A stretch of 64,000 bases of DNA from an uncultured Methanosarcinales archaeon (GCA_964414985.1 CAYPXA010000002.1:2710-66709), one strand, 5' to 3'. Shown: positions 46,364 through 56,842, counted from the stretch's first letter. Program-made: numbers and translations. The notes: generated by a model from the sequence alone, not told the origin.

Positions 46364-46855
46364 TTACTCGTCTGCCTTGCTTTCTGATGACTCTCTTCTG
46401 ACGACCTTTACAGAGTCAATTTTGACAGTAATTGGGATTGGGACTGCAGACTCAAGAAGCTCGACAACAACCTCTTCCTTGGTCTGGTCTATCCTTGTGA
46501 CCTTTGCCTGCTCCCTCCTGAACGGGCCTGAGATAATCTCAACAATGTCGTTCTTCATGATGCTTACTTCCCTCTTGACCTGCTCAAGCATGTGCTCGAT
46601 TTCAGCATAGTCGATTGGCTGGGGCAGTATTCCCCTTGCGTAAGGCACTCCGAATGACACCTGCTCTGCAGCCTGCCTGTCCTTGGATTCTATAAATATG
46701 TAGCCCCTCATTCCGTGAGGCCTTATAATTGTGTATACATCCTGGCCCTTTTTCTTTGCCTTGCTGAACACGAAGTCCATAACCTGGTCTTCCCTGTTTG
46801 CAGTAGTCCTCAAAGCAAAAATCTTTCCTTCGCTTCCTTCCTTTTCATCAGCCAT
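46364..46855 (-). CDS. spt5: Transcription elongation factor Spt5 (NusG homolog)
   Basis: NGN plus KOW layout. Conserved position between secE and L11. Confidence 0.8.
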   Translation of the reverse strand: MADEKEGSEGKIFALRTTANREDQVMDFVFSKAKKKGQDVYTIIRPHGMRGYIFIESKDRQAAEQVSFGVPYARGILPQPIDYAEIEHMLEQVKREVSIMKNDIVEIISGPFRREQAKVTRIDQTKEEVVVELLESAVPIPITVKIDSVKVVRRESSESKADE

Positions 46856-46867
46856 TTTTTCCTCTTG

Positions 46868-47059
46868 CTAAAACAATATCTGCTTCATCATGTTGATAAG
46901 GAACCCCAAAAGCCCGATGATTGCAATGCCCAGGCCTGAAACCTTGACAATTGTTTTGAACTCGTCGCTGCCAGGCTTCTTTGTAACTTTCAAAACCCTC
47001 CAGCATTCCTTCAGGTAGCTCTTGAACCTTGCTTTCCTTGTCGGCTTTTCAAATTCCAT
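46868..47059 (-). CDS. secE: Protein translocase subunit SecE/Sec61-gamma
   Basis: 63 aa with a basic N-terminus and a single C-terminal TM. Conserved ftsZ-secE-nusG-L11 order. Confidence 0.75.
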   Translation of the reverse strand: MEFEKPTRKARFKSYLKECWRVLKVTKKPGSDEFKTIVKVSGLGIAIIGLLGFLINMMKQILF

Positions 47060-47199
47060 ATTTATCCTTGGTTCTCTTCAAACTACCTCTCATTTTCCTT
47101 AAGAAGCAGTATGATGCTAGGGAATCATGCTTATTTATAAAGGTTTTGATTTTTCAGATTAATCTTCATTCAAAAAAAAACAAAAAATAATCCCGGCTT

Positions 47200-48387
47200 T
47201 CAGTCAACGAATTCTATTCCGAGCTCAGTCTCCATCTCCTTCCTCTGCTCTGAAGAATGAGTTCTCTGCGGCCCGAATATCTGCGCTGACTTTACGCCTG
47301 TCACAATGAGCATAACCCTTATCGTGCTTTCCAGGTCGTCGTAAATCTGGGCTCCCCAGATAATCCTTGCGTCGTCAGAAAGCCTTTCAGAGACAGCCTC
47401 GACAATCTTTTTTGCCTCGCTCAATGAGAGGTTCTTGCCTCCTGCAATGTTGATAAGGGCTCCGTTTGCGCCTGTTATGTCAACATCCAGCAGAGGGTTG
47501 TTTATCGCCTTTTCAACAGCTTCTGCTGCCCTGTTCTCTGTGTCAGACTCGCCAACTCCTATAAGCGCAACTCCTCCCTTGCCCATGACAGCCCTGATGT
47601 CTGCAAAGTCAAGGTTGACAAGGCCTGCCTTTGTGACAAGCTCTGCAATTCCCTTGACTGCATTTGTAAGAATCTCATCAGCAACCTTGAATGCAGTCTG
47701 CAGAGGAAGCTCTGGCGCAAGCTCAAGAAGCTTGTCGTTTGGAATCACAATAAGGGTGTCAACAATGTGCTCAAGCTTTTCAAGCCCGATTACAGCGTTT
47801 TCATACCTCCTGTGGCCTTCCATTGTGAAGGGCATTGTGACAACACCTACAGTAAGCGCCCCAAGTTTTTTGGAGACCTCTGCAATGACCGGCGCAGAGC
47901 CTGTTCCTGTTCCTCCGCCCATTCCGCATGTTATGAAAACCATGTCAGAGTTCTGCAGCGAGTTCTTTATGTCAAGCTCGCTTTCCCTTGCAGCCTGCTC
48001 GCCTACTTTTGGGTCTGAGCCTGCGCCCATTCCCTTTGTCATCTCCCTTCCAAGAAGGATTTTCTTGTCTGAATTTGTGTAAAGAAGATCCTGCGCGTCT
48101 GTGTTTGCAGCAATAGTCTCTGCTCCTATGATTCCTATTTCAGTCATCCTGTTGATTGTGTTGTTTCCGCCGCCGCCAGCGCCTACAACCTTTATCGATG
48201 CGCGCTGCTTGGTTAAGAACTGCTCAAGCTCTGCATCAATGCCTGAAGAGGTCTTTATCTTGTTCAGGTCAACGCCTTTTGCATTGTTTGCCTGCTTTTC
48301 TGTTGCAGGCTGTGCAGGGCTCTGGCCTGAAGGCCTGCTTCCAAAGCTTCCAGAATTTCCATTTTTATTAATATAAAAATCTTCCAA
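47200..48387 (-). CDS. ftsZ: Cell division GTPase FtsZ (TTG start after GAGGTGG)
   Basis: Motifs GAGGGGNNTINRM and GMGGGTGTGSAPV. Confidence 0.92.
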   Translation of the reverse strand: MEDFYINKNGNSGSFGSRPSGQSPAQPATEKQANNAKGVDLNKIKTSSGIDAELEQFLTKQRASIKVVGAGGGGNNTINRMTEIGIIGAETIAANTDAQDLLYTNSDKKILLGREMTKGMGAGSDPKVGEQAARESELDIKNSLQNSDMVFITCGMGGGTGTGSAPVIAEVSKKLGALTVGVVTMPFTMEGHRRYENAVIGLEKLEHIVDTLIVIPNDKLLELAPELPLQTAFKVADEILTNAVKGIAELVTKAGLVNLDFADIRAVMGKGGVALIGVGESDTENRAAEAVEKAINNPLLDVDITGANGALINIAGGKNLSLSEAKKIVEAVSERLSDDARIIWGAQIYDDLESTIRVMLIVTGVKSAQIFGPQRTHSSEQRKEMETELGIEFVD

Positions 48388-48454
48388 TTTTCCACCTCAA
48401 AAACTCTTTTGACTCCCTGAACAAGGGTTATCAATGAAATATTTAAATTTTTCT

Positions 48455-49111
48455 CTATTGCGCAGTAAGTTCAACTTTGGAGAACCCGCACAGCGCCTTA
48501 ATCTTGGCCTCAATGTGGGGAAGTATCTCCTTCGGGAACTTCTTTTTAATCTTTACAGCGCACTCATTTCCATTGATTTCAACTTCAGAATCCGCCTTTC
48601 CAAGCGAGACTGTCACTTCAAGGATTGACTGGACCTGCTCCTTTTTGTCTGTGACAATCCTAAGCACATTAAAGTCATAGGCAAGCTCCTTTCCTGCAAG
48701 AGGGTGGTTGAAATCCACAAGCACCCTTCCGCCGGATACTGTCTTGATAAGCCCGACCATTCCGTCGATGTTGACATTCAGCCCAGGCACAGGCCTTATC
48801 TCATGCTCTGCAAACTTTCTTGCAGGTATCATCTGTATGAGCTTTGCATTCTTCTTTCCAAACGCATCTTCAGGCTTTATTTCGATTTTGTACTTCCCAG
48901 GCTCTTTTCCGACTATAAAATCATCAATGCCCTTAAGGACATGCTTTTCTCCTGCGCATATTATGATTGGGCCGTAGTGCGCACCCTTCCTGTAGAGGTG
49001 GTGCTCCTTTGCAATGCTCTCGTCTGTAGTGTCAAAGACAGCGCCCTCCTCCTTCAGCCTTCCAGTGTACTCAACTTCGATAAAGTCATTCTTTTTTATC
49101 TGCATTTTCAC
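48455..49111 (-). CDS. FKBP-type peptidyl-prolyl isomerase, long archaeal (SlyD-like) type
   Basis: FDTTDE...GPIIICAGEKHVLKGIDDFIVG...LAGKELAYD pattern with an IF-domain insert. Confidence 0.8.
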   Translation of the reverse strand: MKMQIKKNDFIEVEYTGRLKEEGAVFDTTDESIAKEHHLYRKGAHYGPIIICAGEKHVLKGIDDFIVGKEPGKYKIEIKPEDAFGKKNAKLIQMIPARKFAEHEIRPVPGLNVNIDGMVGLIKTVSGGRVLVDFNHPLAGKELAYDFNVLRIVTDKKEQVQSILEVTVSLGKADSEVEINGNECAVKIKKKFPKEILPHIEAKIKALCGFSKVELTAQ

Positions 49112-49647
49112 ACCCTCTCCTTAACAAGCTTGATTATTTCTGCAACAACATCATTCACAGGCTTTTCTGTGGTGTCTATCACCAAATCATAATTGTCCGG
49201 ATTTGTGTAGTCGATATTGTAGTACTGCATGTACCTTCTTTTTTCAGACTCCTTTCTTTGCTTTACTGCCTCAAATGTAGCTCCCTGCGTGGAGTTTTCC
49301 TTCTCCTCCTTCCTAAGGTCTTTGAATATCCTCCTTGCAGCCTCGTCGTCTGATACGTCAAGAAACACCTTTATTGAGTCTGGTATGAAATTGAAGCCGA
49401 GCCTTGAGTCCATCACAAAGTTGTCGTCAGCCTCTCCTGTATCAACAACCCACCCGTCGACTTTCTTGTCTATTTCAGGGTCTGATTCAGCCATATTTGA
49501 GAGCTTTAATGGAGTAACTCCCATCTTCTCGGCAAGCTTCCTGTAAAAGTCTCCTGAAGAGAAATGCCTCATCTTCAGCTCTTTTGCAACCTGCTTTGCA
49601 ACAGTGCTTTTTCCTGAGCCTGGAGTTCCGGAAATTGTTATTTTCAT
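49108..49647 (-). CDS. cmk: Archaeal-type cytidylate (CMP) kinase
   Basis: P-loop GTPGSGKST. Overall similarity to archaeal Cmk as I recall it. ATGA-type overlap with the FKBP gene. Confidence 0.7.
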   Translation of the reverse strand: MKITISGTPGSGKSTVAKQVAKELKMRHFSSGDFYRKLAEKMGVTPLKLSNMAESDPEIDKKVDGWVVDTGEADDNFVMDSRLGFNFIPDSIKVFLDVSDDEAARRIFKDLRKEEKENSTQGATFEAVKQRKESEKRRYMQYYNIDYTNPDNYDLVIDTTEKPVNDVVAEIIKLVKERV

Positions 49648-49770
49648 GATGATTGTGGAGGATAGATTGTATTTAAGCTTATCTGTTGGAAAGTGGCACT
49701 TTTTAAGCAGAAAATTGAATTATATATCCAAATTAGAAAATTTATTAAATTAACCTTGTAATATTCTTGC

Positions 49771-50565
49771 ATGCTCGGAAGACATCACCTATTGCTGTCA
49801 TTGTTTACAGCTATACTAATTATTCTTCCTTATTTTGAAGAAAATACTGAATTAACTTTAATACTCTTGATGGGAATTGCAATTGGCTCTTTGATACCTG
49901 ATGCTGATAGTCCTGATGCAGCAATATTCCATGAAAAAATAAAGGGAGTTAAAGGTGATTTAGGTAAACTCATTAATCACTTTTTTGCGCCTATATTTCC
50001 TTTATTTGGGTATGTTACAAAATATGCAATCTATAGGCCATCTATCTTTATATTTGGTCGAACTTTTCTAAAAAAGTATAATGTTAAGGAGAGACACAGG
50101 GGATTTTTGCACTCATTTATTGGAATTGGAACATCTGCTTTATTAACCTCAATTTATCTTATTATTATACTATATTTGTTAGATGCTTTAAATTGGATTT
50201 TCTTTCTTGGGTTTGTATGCGCATATATCGTCGGAGCCTTGTTGCACCTTTTAGAGGATAGTGCTACTGTAACAGGAACCCAATTTAATTATCCTTTTTC
50301 TAAAATTGTCTTGAAAGGGCAGTTAGTCACAAGACCGGATAGTACAATAAAACCGGATCTATTCACAGGGTTTATGGGCATCTTAGTTGTAGGGCTCTTT
50401 TTTGCTATCGACTTAGATTATTTGCCTTATGCTGACTGGCTAATTACTTTAATGTCTATTTTTGTTTTAATTGTTGTCTGGTTAACCTTTTTAATAGGTT
50501 TGGCAAAAGTCAGATTTGAGAAAGGAGAACTTAAGTCCTATTCTAATGTTAAAAGTTTTTTTTAG
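49771..50565 (+). CDS. YdjM-type membrane-bound metal-dependent hydrolase
   Basis: N-terminal GRHH, a PDADSPD motif, HxxxD near the C-terminal half, and multiple TM helices. Visibly more AT-rich than its neighbours. Confidence 0.6.
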   Translation: MLGRHHLLLSLFTAILIILPYFEENTELTLILLMGIAIGSLIPDADSPDAAIFHEKIKGVKGDLGKLINHFFAPIFPLFGYVTKYAIYRPSIFIFGRTFLKKYNVKERHRGFLHSFIGIGTSALLTSIYLIIILYLLDALNWIFFLGFVCAYIVGALLHLLEDSATVTGTQFNYPFSKIVLKGQLVTRPDSTIKPDLFTGFMGILVVGLFFAIDLDYLPYADWLITLMSIFVLIVVWLTFLIGLAKVRFEKGELKSYSNVKSFF

Positions 50566-50699
50566 CAGTAATCCTATACTTAAGCCCCAAAACTGTTTTA
50601 AGCCCTGCGGATGCAGAATTCAGCGTTTCCAGCCTTTCCAATAGCAAAGCTTATAAAGTTGGGTTCAGACATTAGATTTAGCAAAAAAAGAGGTTTGAT

Positions 50700-52982
50700 A
50701 TGGCATTTCACAGCCTTACTGAGCTGTTTGACAGCGTTCCTGACGGAGTTTCAATAATAAACCGGGATATGCGGATTGAATGGGTAAACAGAGCGCTCCA
50801 GAACAAGGGATTTCTTTGCGAAAACGTCAAGGGCCAGAAGTGCTATTTTGCATACAAGAAGAGCAGCAGCATATGCAGGAACTGCCCGACGCTCAAAGTT
50901 TTCAACACAGGCAAGACAATAAGGATTTATGAGAGGGGCGCTGACGGAAAGCACTATGAGGTTACTGCAATCCCTGTCTTCGGCGAGAACAAGGCTGAAA
51001 AAAAGGTAGAGAATGTTGTTGAGATTGTAAGGGAGATAAAGAAGAAGACGCCTTTTGCAGTCTCGCTGTCATCAATTTCAGTAATGGCTTTCATAGCAGA
51101 CCCTGAAGGAAAGATTGTTGCATCCAACAAGGCTGCTGAAAGCATTCTTGGCTACAGCGAAAAGGAGCTCGCAGGAAAATCATTTTCGTCAATTGCGCCA
51201 AAAATAGAGTCTGAACATTTCATGAAAATATTCAGGGATGTAATTGAGGGAAGGCATTTTCCTTCATTCAGGGCTGAAATCTCAAAAAAATCAGGCGGCT
51301 CAATCCATGCAGAGCTAAGCTGCAATCCGTTCTATTCAAACGGCTCAACTCTTGGAGTTGAGGTTATAGCAAGGGACATAACAAGCCAGGTTGAGTCTGA
51401 AAATGCGCTGAAGGAAAGCGAAAAAAGGTACAGGGATTTTGTAAAAAACCTTAAGGGAATAGCCTACAAGGGAGAGATAAAAAGCTCTGTGCCTGTATTC
51501 TTCCACGGCTCTGTTAAGGAAATAACAGGCTACACTGAAGACGAGCTTGTCAAGGGAAGGATAAAGTGGAAGCACATAATACACCCAGACGACTTCAGCA
51601 GCATAAGCGCAGGCTGGAAAAGCCTTGCATCAAAGCCCGGATTTTCAGCTGAAAGGGAATACAGGATAATAAGGAAGGACAAGTCTGTAAAGTGGGTTCA
51701 CGAGTCTGTCCAGAATGTCAGCATAGACGGAAAGCCTGCATTTGTTGAGGGAGTCATAACAGACATAACTGAAAGGAAGCTTCTTGAAAAGCAGAAGCAC
51801 GAAGCAGAGTCAAAATACGAGCTCATTGCAAAAAACTCAATTGACGGAATAGGTATAGCCCAGGACGGAAAGATTGCATATGCGAACCCTGCTGCAAGCC
51901 ATATTTTTGGCTATAAGGAAGGCGAGATTGCAGGAAAAGAATTCATCAAGTTCATAGCTCCTGAAGACCGTGATTTTATCATCAGGAGGTACAAGAAAAG
52001 AATTTCTGGAAAAAATGTTCCGCAGAGATACATGTTCAAAGGCCTGAAAAAGAACAGGTCAAAGATTGACATAGAAGCCTCGTTTTCAGAGATGTTTGAC
52101 TATATGGGCAGGCCTGCGCTTCTCACAATTCTAAGGGATGTTACATTGAGGACACTGTCTGAAGAGGCGCTTAGGCAGAGCGAGAACAGGTACAAAGAGG
52201 AAAAGGAAACAGCTGCAAAATACCTTAACCTTGCAGGCAGCATAATTGTTGCGCTTGACAGCAGTGGAAGGATAGCGCTAATGAACAGAAGGGGATATGA
52301 GGCTTTGGGCTATCCTGAAGGAAGCCTTGAAGGCAAAAGCTGGTTTGATATGTGCATACCATCCAGGCAGAGAAGGGAAGTCAAGGAAGTGTTTGCAAAG
52401 TGCATGGCGCAGAAGCTCAATCTTGTCGAGCATTATGAAAACCGGGTAATCGCAAAAGACGGTGAAGAAAGGGCTATAAGATGGCACAACATAATTCTTA
52501 AGGATGACAATGGCAGAGCAACAGGTACATTAAGCTCTGGCGAAGATATAACAGACAGGCTTGTTGCAATGCACGCTGTGAATGAAGCCAAGAAAAAGTA
52601 CAGGCTGATATTCGAGCTTTGCCCTGCTGCAGTCATTGTGCTGGACAGCAGCGGAAATATCATTGAGGCGAATGAGAGAGTATACACCTGGCTTGGCTAT
52701 GGAAGGCACAGCCTTAACGGCTTGAGCCTTGCGAAAGTGCCTTTTTACAGCGAAGAGAGCAGGAAGAGGGCTGCAGCAAACTTTAAGGAAAGGATGAAGG
52801 GAAAAGAAATAAAGCCTTATGAAGTCGAGCTTAGGACAAAAAAAGGCGAGAAGAAGGTAGGCATTGTTGATGCAACTGCAATTACAGATGAATCAGGAGC
52901 AGTTTCCGGAGTAGTCTGCGTGATTTCTGACATAACAGCTTTTGCAGCTCCATCCGGAAAGAATAGCTCTGGCCGCAAATAA
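50700..52982 (+). CDS. Multi-PAS-domain sensor protein with no recognisable output domain
   Basis: Repeated PAS S-box patterns (about five). N-terminal Cys cluster C-x7-C-x10-C-x2-C. Confidence 0.75.
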   Translation: MAFHSLTELFDSVPDGVSIINRDMRIEWVNRALQNKGFLCENVKGQKCYFAYKKSSSICRNCPTLKVFNTGKTIRIYERGADGKHYEVTAIPVFGENKAEKKVENVVEIVREIKKKTPFAVSLSSISVMAFIADPEGKIVASNKAAESILGYSEKELAGKSFSSIAPKIESEHFMKIFRDVIEGRHFPSFRAEISKKSGGSIHAELSCNPFYSNGSTLGVEVIARDITSQVESENALKESEKRYRDFVKNLKGIAYKGEIKSSVPVFFHGSVKEITGYTEDELVKGRIKWKHIIHPDDFSSISAGWKSLASKPGFSAEREYRIIRKDKSVKWVHESVQNVSIDGKPAFVEGVITDITERKLLEKQKHEAESKYELIAKNSIDGIGIAQDGKIAYANPAASHIFGYKEGEIAGKEFIKFIAPEDRDFIIRRYKKRISGKNVPQRYMFKGLKKNRSKIDIEASFSEMFDYMGRPALLTILRDVTLRTLSEEALRQSENRYKEEKETAAKYLNLAGSIIVALDSSGRIALMNRRGYEALGYPEGSLEGKSWFDMCIPSRQRREVKEVFAKCMAQKLNLVEHYENRVIAKDGEERAIRWHNIILKDDNGRATGTLSSGEDITDRLVAMHAVNEAKKKYRLIFELCPAAVIVLDSSGNIIEANERVYTWLGYGRHSLNGLSLAKVPFYSEESRKRAAANFKERMKGKEIKPYEVELRTKKGEKKVGIVDATAITDESGAVSGVVCVISDITAFAAPSGKNSSGRK

Positions 52983-53034
52983 CAAAAATTTATAAACCTC
53001 TCATTAAATATTATGCCCACAACGAGGTGAAACA

Positions 53035-53196
53035 ATGATAGTGGTCAAGGCGAAGATAAAGGAGATTGCCGGAGAATTCAATGTTTCAGGCGATTTTGCG
53101 GATGCACTCAACACAAAGGTTGAGCAGATGGTCAAGGATGCATGCGCAAGGGCTGAAGCAAACGGCAGAAAGACAGTAATGGCAAAAGACATCTAA
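53035..53196 (+). CDS. Small histone-fold-like protein (DUF1931-like), 53 aa
   Basis: MIVVKAKIKEIAGEFNVSGDFADALNTKVEQMVKDACARAEANGRKTVMAKDI. GAGGTGA lies 5 nt upstream. Under 60 aa, so absent from the track. Confidence 0.55.
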   Translation: MIVVKAKIKEIAGEFNVSGDFADALNTKVEQMVKDACARAEANGRKTVMAKDI

Positions 53197-53299
53197 GCAT
53201 TGTTTGAATTTTTTATTGTTTTATTTTTTTGGATTTGCATCACAAATTTATATCTATTATATCCAATAATATTCAAGATAAGAATCAGAATTTGGCAGC

Positions 53300-53830
53300 C
53301 TACCTTTTCTTTGCAAGCCTTTCCTTGAGAGCCTCAATCTTTGACTTCACTTCATGAAGCTCTGACTTTGTATGGGTCTTCTCGCTGCTTATCTGCTCAT
53401 AGAGCCTTTCAATGTTGAGGATTTGCGCTTCAAGAATTTCTATCTCCCTCTGCTCTGCAGCAAGCTTCTTTCTTACAGACTCCTCGATTCCGGCAATCCT
53501 TGCCTCGCGCTTCTTCTTTGATTCAAGATAAGCTGTAAGCTTCTTTTCAAGAGCCTCAACCTTTTCCCTCATCCTTGCGTTCTGCGCTTCCCTTGCCTTA
53601 TGGCTCCTGATAAGCTCATTCTCCCTTGTAATGACTTCTGAAATGTGCATCTCCAGCTTTTTTATCTCCTGCCTGTGCTGCTTTGATTTTGACGAGCACT
53701 TCATCTTTTCTATGTGCTCCTGCAGCCTGCTCTTTGAATCCTCCTTTGACTTTGCTTTTGATGCAGCCCTGCTTAGGTGCGATAGAAAAAGCTGCGTTTT
53801 CTCAGCATCAATATCTGGAGGAAGAATCAT
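53300..53830 (-). CDS. Coiled-coil protein, function unknown
   Basis: Heptad-rich K/E/R sequence. The ATG at 53830 sits one base after the upstream stop. Confidence 0.55.
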   Translation of the reverse strand: MILPPDIDAEKTQLFLSHLSRAASKAKSKEDSKSRLQEHIEKMKCSSKSKQHRQEIKKLEMHISEVITRENELIRSHKAREAQNARMREKVEALEKKLTAYLESKKKREARIAGIEESVRKKLAAEQREIEILEAQILNIERLYEQISSEKTHTKSELHEVKSKIEALKERLAKKR

Positions 53831-53831
53831 T

Positions 53832-54599
53832 TTACCTTCCGAACATTCCCTTCTTTGCATTCATCGGCGCAGGAGGGGCTGGCATTGGGCCTGGTGAAGG
53901 AACTCCCATTCCTCCAAAATCAGGCATTTGAGGCATTCCCATAGGCATAGGAGGCGGATTCATCCCTCCCTGAAACTGCTGCCTGGGCTGGCCGAACCCT
54001 TCAAGGCCTGGAATAGGCGCTTCAGGCTTTGGCTCAAACATAGGCATTTGGCCTGGCATGCTTTCAGCCATTGGAGGAAGCTGCTCGCCAAATCCGAAAT
54101 TATTTGAAGGCTGCGCTGGAGCAGGCTTCTGCTTTTGGAAAGAAGGCATTGGCTCAACCCTTTCGCCCTCCTTTGACTTGTATATGACTCCAACTTCAAG
54201 CTTTTCCTTTATTTCGCCCATGATGTCGGCAAGAGCAACAATTCCTTCTGCAATTTCAGAATTCTGCTGGAGGATTGTGTTCATCTTCTCGATTATTGGA
54301 GCCATCTTCTCCTTGAATGATGCAGCGCCTTCCTCAAGCTTGACTGATTTTTCAGCCTCTTCAAATATCTGAGTCAGCCTGTCCATCTTTTTAACAAGCT
54401 CTTCAAATGATGCAGACGCATGCGAGCCTGCTTCAGAAGGCATTGACTTCATCTTCCTAAGCTCTTCCCTCAACTCAACAATGTCCTTGTGGGGGAGAAG
54501 CTCATACTCTTCATCTGAAGCTTCAGAAGAATCCGGATTGCCTGAGCTGCCTTTTGCTTCAGCATCTTTTTTAGCAGCAGTCTTGATAGGATTAACCAT
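53832..54599 (-). CDS. Coiled-coil protein with a Met/Pro/Gly-rich low-complexity C-terminus
   Basis: Long ORF with a promoter-like upstream region. Tail PPMPMGMPQMPDFGGMGVPSPGPMPAPPAPM. Confidence 0.55.
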   Translation of the reverse strand: MVNPIKTAAKKDAEAKGSSGNPDSSEASDEEYELLPHKDIVELREELRKMKSMPSEAGSHASASFEELVKKMDRLTQIFEEAEKSVKLEEGAASFKEKMAPIIEKMNTILQQNSEIAEGIVALADIMGEIKEKLEVGVIYKSKEGERVEPMPSFQKQKPAPAQPSNNFGFGEQLPPMAESMPGQMPMFEPKPEAPIPGLEGFGQPRQQFQGGMNPPPMPMGMPQMPDFGGMGVPSPGPMPAPPAPMNAKKGMFGR

Positions 54600-54737
54600 T
54601 GTGTATCGCCTCTTTTTTTTGGTTTTTGGCCTGCAACCATCGCTGATTGCTATTTATTGCTATCCCAATTATTGCTTGTTTTATTCATATACTGCTATTT
54701 AAATGTTTTCCTATTTGAAGGGATTTAATGAGGTTCA

Positions 54738-55154
54738 TCATTTAGCCTGGCTGCAGGAATAGATATTTTTTGAGAAGTAGCCTGCGATTGCATCATAAAT
54801 TTCATCAGGCTTTGAAGCATATTTTCTGAACATCCTGTTTTCAAGCATTTTTCCAATAAGCGGCTTGACAACTTTTTCATCAAGAGATTCAGCATGGGAA
54901 AGCACATCATGGATTGTGTCATGGTTGACTTCAATCCTGCGCTTTATTGCCTTGGGAATTATGACATTCATCACAGCCCTGCCTGCAAGCGAGCCTGCGC
55001 TCTGCTCTGCCATCTCATGAATTGCGCTCATCACGCTTATTTTGGGCCTTCTGGTTCTCCTGTCTTTTGGCACTGAGTTTACATAATCTTTCAGAACGTG
55101 AAAAAGCGAGGGGGATTTCAAGCAGGGATTATAATAAGGCTGGCTGTCGTACAT
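54738..55154 (-). CDS. Hypothetical protein (138 aa from the ATG)
   Basis: ORF with GAGTGA followed by a 5-nt spacer before the ATG, and a TATA-like box about 35 nt upstream. Confidence 0.5.
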   Translation of the reverse strand: MYDSQPYYNPCLKSPSLFHVLKDYVNSVPKDRRTRRPKISVMSAIHEMAEQSAGSLAGRAVMNVIIPKAIKRRIEVNHDTIHDVLSHAESLDEKVVKPLIGKMLENRMFRKYASKPDEIYDAIAGYFSKNIYSCSQAK

Positions 55155-55210
55155 TTTCTTCACTCACTCTTAAACTAAATTATATTTAAAAATATAAAAA
55201 ATTAAACTGG

Positions 55211-56842
55211 CTACATCATAGGCGGCATTCCTTCGCCGCCAGGAGGCATTCCCCTCGGAGCATGGTTTGAGCCGCCTGAAATGACATCATCAATCCTCAA
55301 AATCATTACCGCAACTTCTGAAGCTGACTTTACAGCCTGGGTCTTTATCTTGAGAGGCTCAATTACCTTGTTCTGCCATGAGTCCATGACTTTTCCTGTA
55401 AACACATTGATGCCTGCCCATTTCTGGCCCTTGTCATGCGCTGCCTTCAGCTCTGCCATCTTGTCAATCGGGTCAAGGCCTGCGCTCTCAGCAAGTGTTA
55501 TCGGCACAACTTCAAGCGCTGAAGCGAATGCCTGCACTGCAAGCTGCTCCTTTCCGCTCAATGAGTCTGCAAACTTCTTAAGCCATTTTGAGACTTCGAT
55601 TTCTACAGCACCTCCGCCTGCAACAACCTTTCCAACCTTGATTGCTGCAATAAGGTCTCCTACAGAGTCGTCAAGCGCCCTTTTTATTTCATCAGCAACA
55701 TGCTCTGTTCCGCCCCTTACAAGAATAGTGACTGCCTTGGGGTTCTTGCAGCCCATGACATAAGTCATCTGCTCATCACCTACTTTCTTTTCCTCTACAG
55801 TTCCTGCATTTCCGAGGTCTGAAGAATTCAGGTCTTCAATGCTTGTAACTATTTTTGCGCCTGTCGCCCTTGCAAGCTTTTCCATGTCAGACTTCTTTAC
55901 TCTCCTGACTGCATAAATGCCTGCCTTTGCAAAGAAGTGCTGGGCCATGTCGTCTATGCCTTTCTGGCACACCAAGACATTTGCTCCGCTCTGTATTATC
56001 CTGTCAACAAGCCCTTTTATCATCTTCTCTTCCTGGTCAAGGAATGCCTGCATCTGGGCTGGGTCTGTTATCTGTATTTTTGCGTCAATTTCTGTATCTT
56101 TCACTTCGATTGCTGCGTCAATAAGTGCAACCTTTGCGTTCTGAAGGGATTTGGGCATGCCTGAATGGACCCTTTCCTTGTCAAGGACAATGCCTTCAAC
56201 AAGCTCTGTGTCTTCAACTCCGCCGCCCACCTTCTTCTCAATCTTGATGTCGCTTGCATCAATTGACATCTTTCCGTCAACCTCTTCTGCAACCATTGAG
56301 ACTGCATTTACTATCATTTCAGCAAGTATTTCCTTGGATGCGTCAGCGCCCTTTCCAGTCATTGCTGTTGTTGCTATGTTTTTGAGGAGCTCCTTGTCCT
56401 TTATGTTTATGCTTTCTGCAATCTCATTGAGAATTTCGAGTGACCTGTCTGCAGCAAGCCTGTACCCCTTGGCAATCATTGTAGGGTGTATGTTCTGCTC
56501 AAGAAGCCTTTCTGCATTCTTCAGAAGCTCTCCTGCAAGTATTACAGCGGTTGTTGTGCCGTCGCCAACTTCAGCTTCCTGGGTTTTTGCAATTTCAACA
56601 ATCATTTTTGCAGAAGGGTGCTCGATGTTCATCTCCTGCAGTATAGTGACTCCGTCGTTGGTTATTGTTACGTCTCCCAGCGAGTCCACTATCATCTTGT
56701 CCATGCCCTTCGGGCCCAGCGTAGTCCTCACCTGGTCTGCAACAAGCTTTGCAGCCTCGATGTTCATCTTCTGCGCATTCTTGCCTGAAGTCCTCTGCGT
56801 GCCTTCAGGAAGTATGAATATAGGTTGTATTTGATTAGCCAT
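55211..56842 (-). CDS. ths: Thermosome (group II chaperonin) subunit
   Basis: Motifs [16 protein letters not shown] and VAGGGAVE, with a Met/Gly/Pro-rich C-terminal tail. Confidence 0.95.
   Translation of the reverse strand: MANQIQPIFILPEGTQRTSGKNAQKMNIEAAKLVADQVRTTLGPKGMDKMIVDSLGDVTITNDGVTILQEMNIEHPSAKMIVEIAKTQEAEVGDGTTTAVILAGELLKNAERLLEQNIHPTMIAKGYRLAADRSLEILNEIAESINIKDKELLKNIATTAMTGKGADASKEILAEMIVNAVSMVAEEVDGKMSIDASDIKIEKKVGGGVEDTELVEGIVLDKERVHSGMPKSLQNAKVALIDAAIEVKDTEIDAKIQITDPAQMQAFLDQEEKMIKGLVDRIIQSGANVLVCQKGIDDMAQHFFAKAGIYAVRRVKKSDMEKLARATGAKIVTSIEDLNSSDLGNAGTVEEKKVGDEQMTYVMGCKNPKAVTILVRGGTEHVADEIKRALDDSVGDLIAAIKVGKVVAGGGAVEIEVSKWLKKFADSLSGKEQLAVQAFASALEVVPITLAESAGLDPIDKMAELKAAHDKGQKWAGINVFTGKVMDSWQNKVIEPLKIKTQAVKSASEVAVMILRIDDVISGGSNHAPRGMPPGGEGMPPMM

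Noticed and set aside
47435-48082. 215-aa plus-strand ORF
   Set aside because: It is antisense to FtsZ.
53004-53192. 62-aa minus-strand ORF
   Set aside because: The plus strand encodes a 53-aa histone-fold-like protein with a strong GAGGTGA RBS. The minus-strand product has no features.
56151-56834. 227-aa plus-strand ORF
   Set aside because: It is antisense to the thermosome gene.
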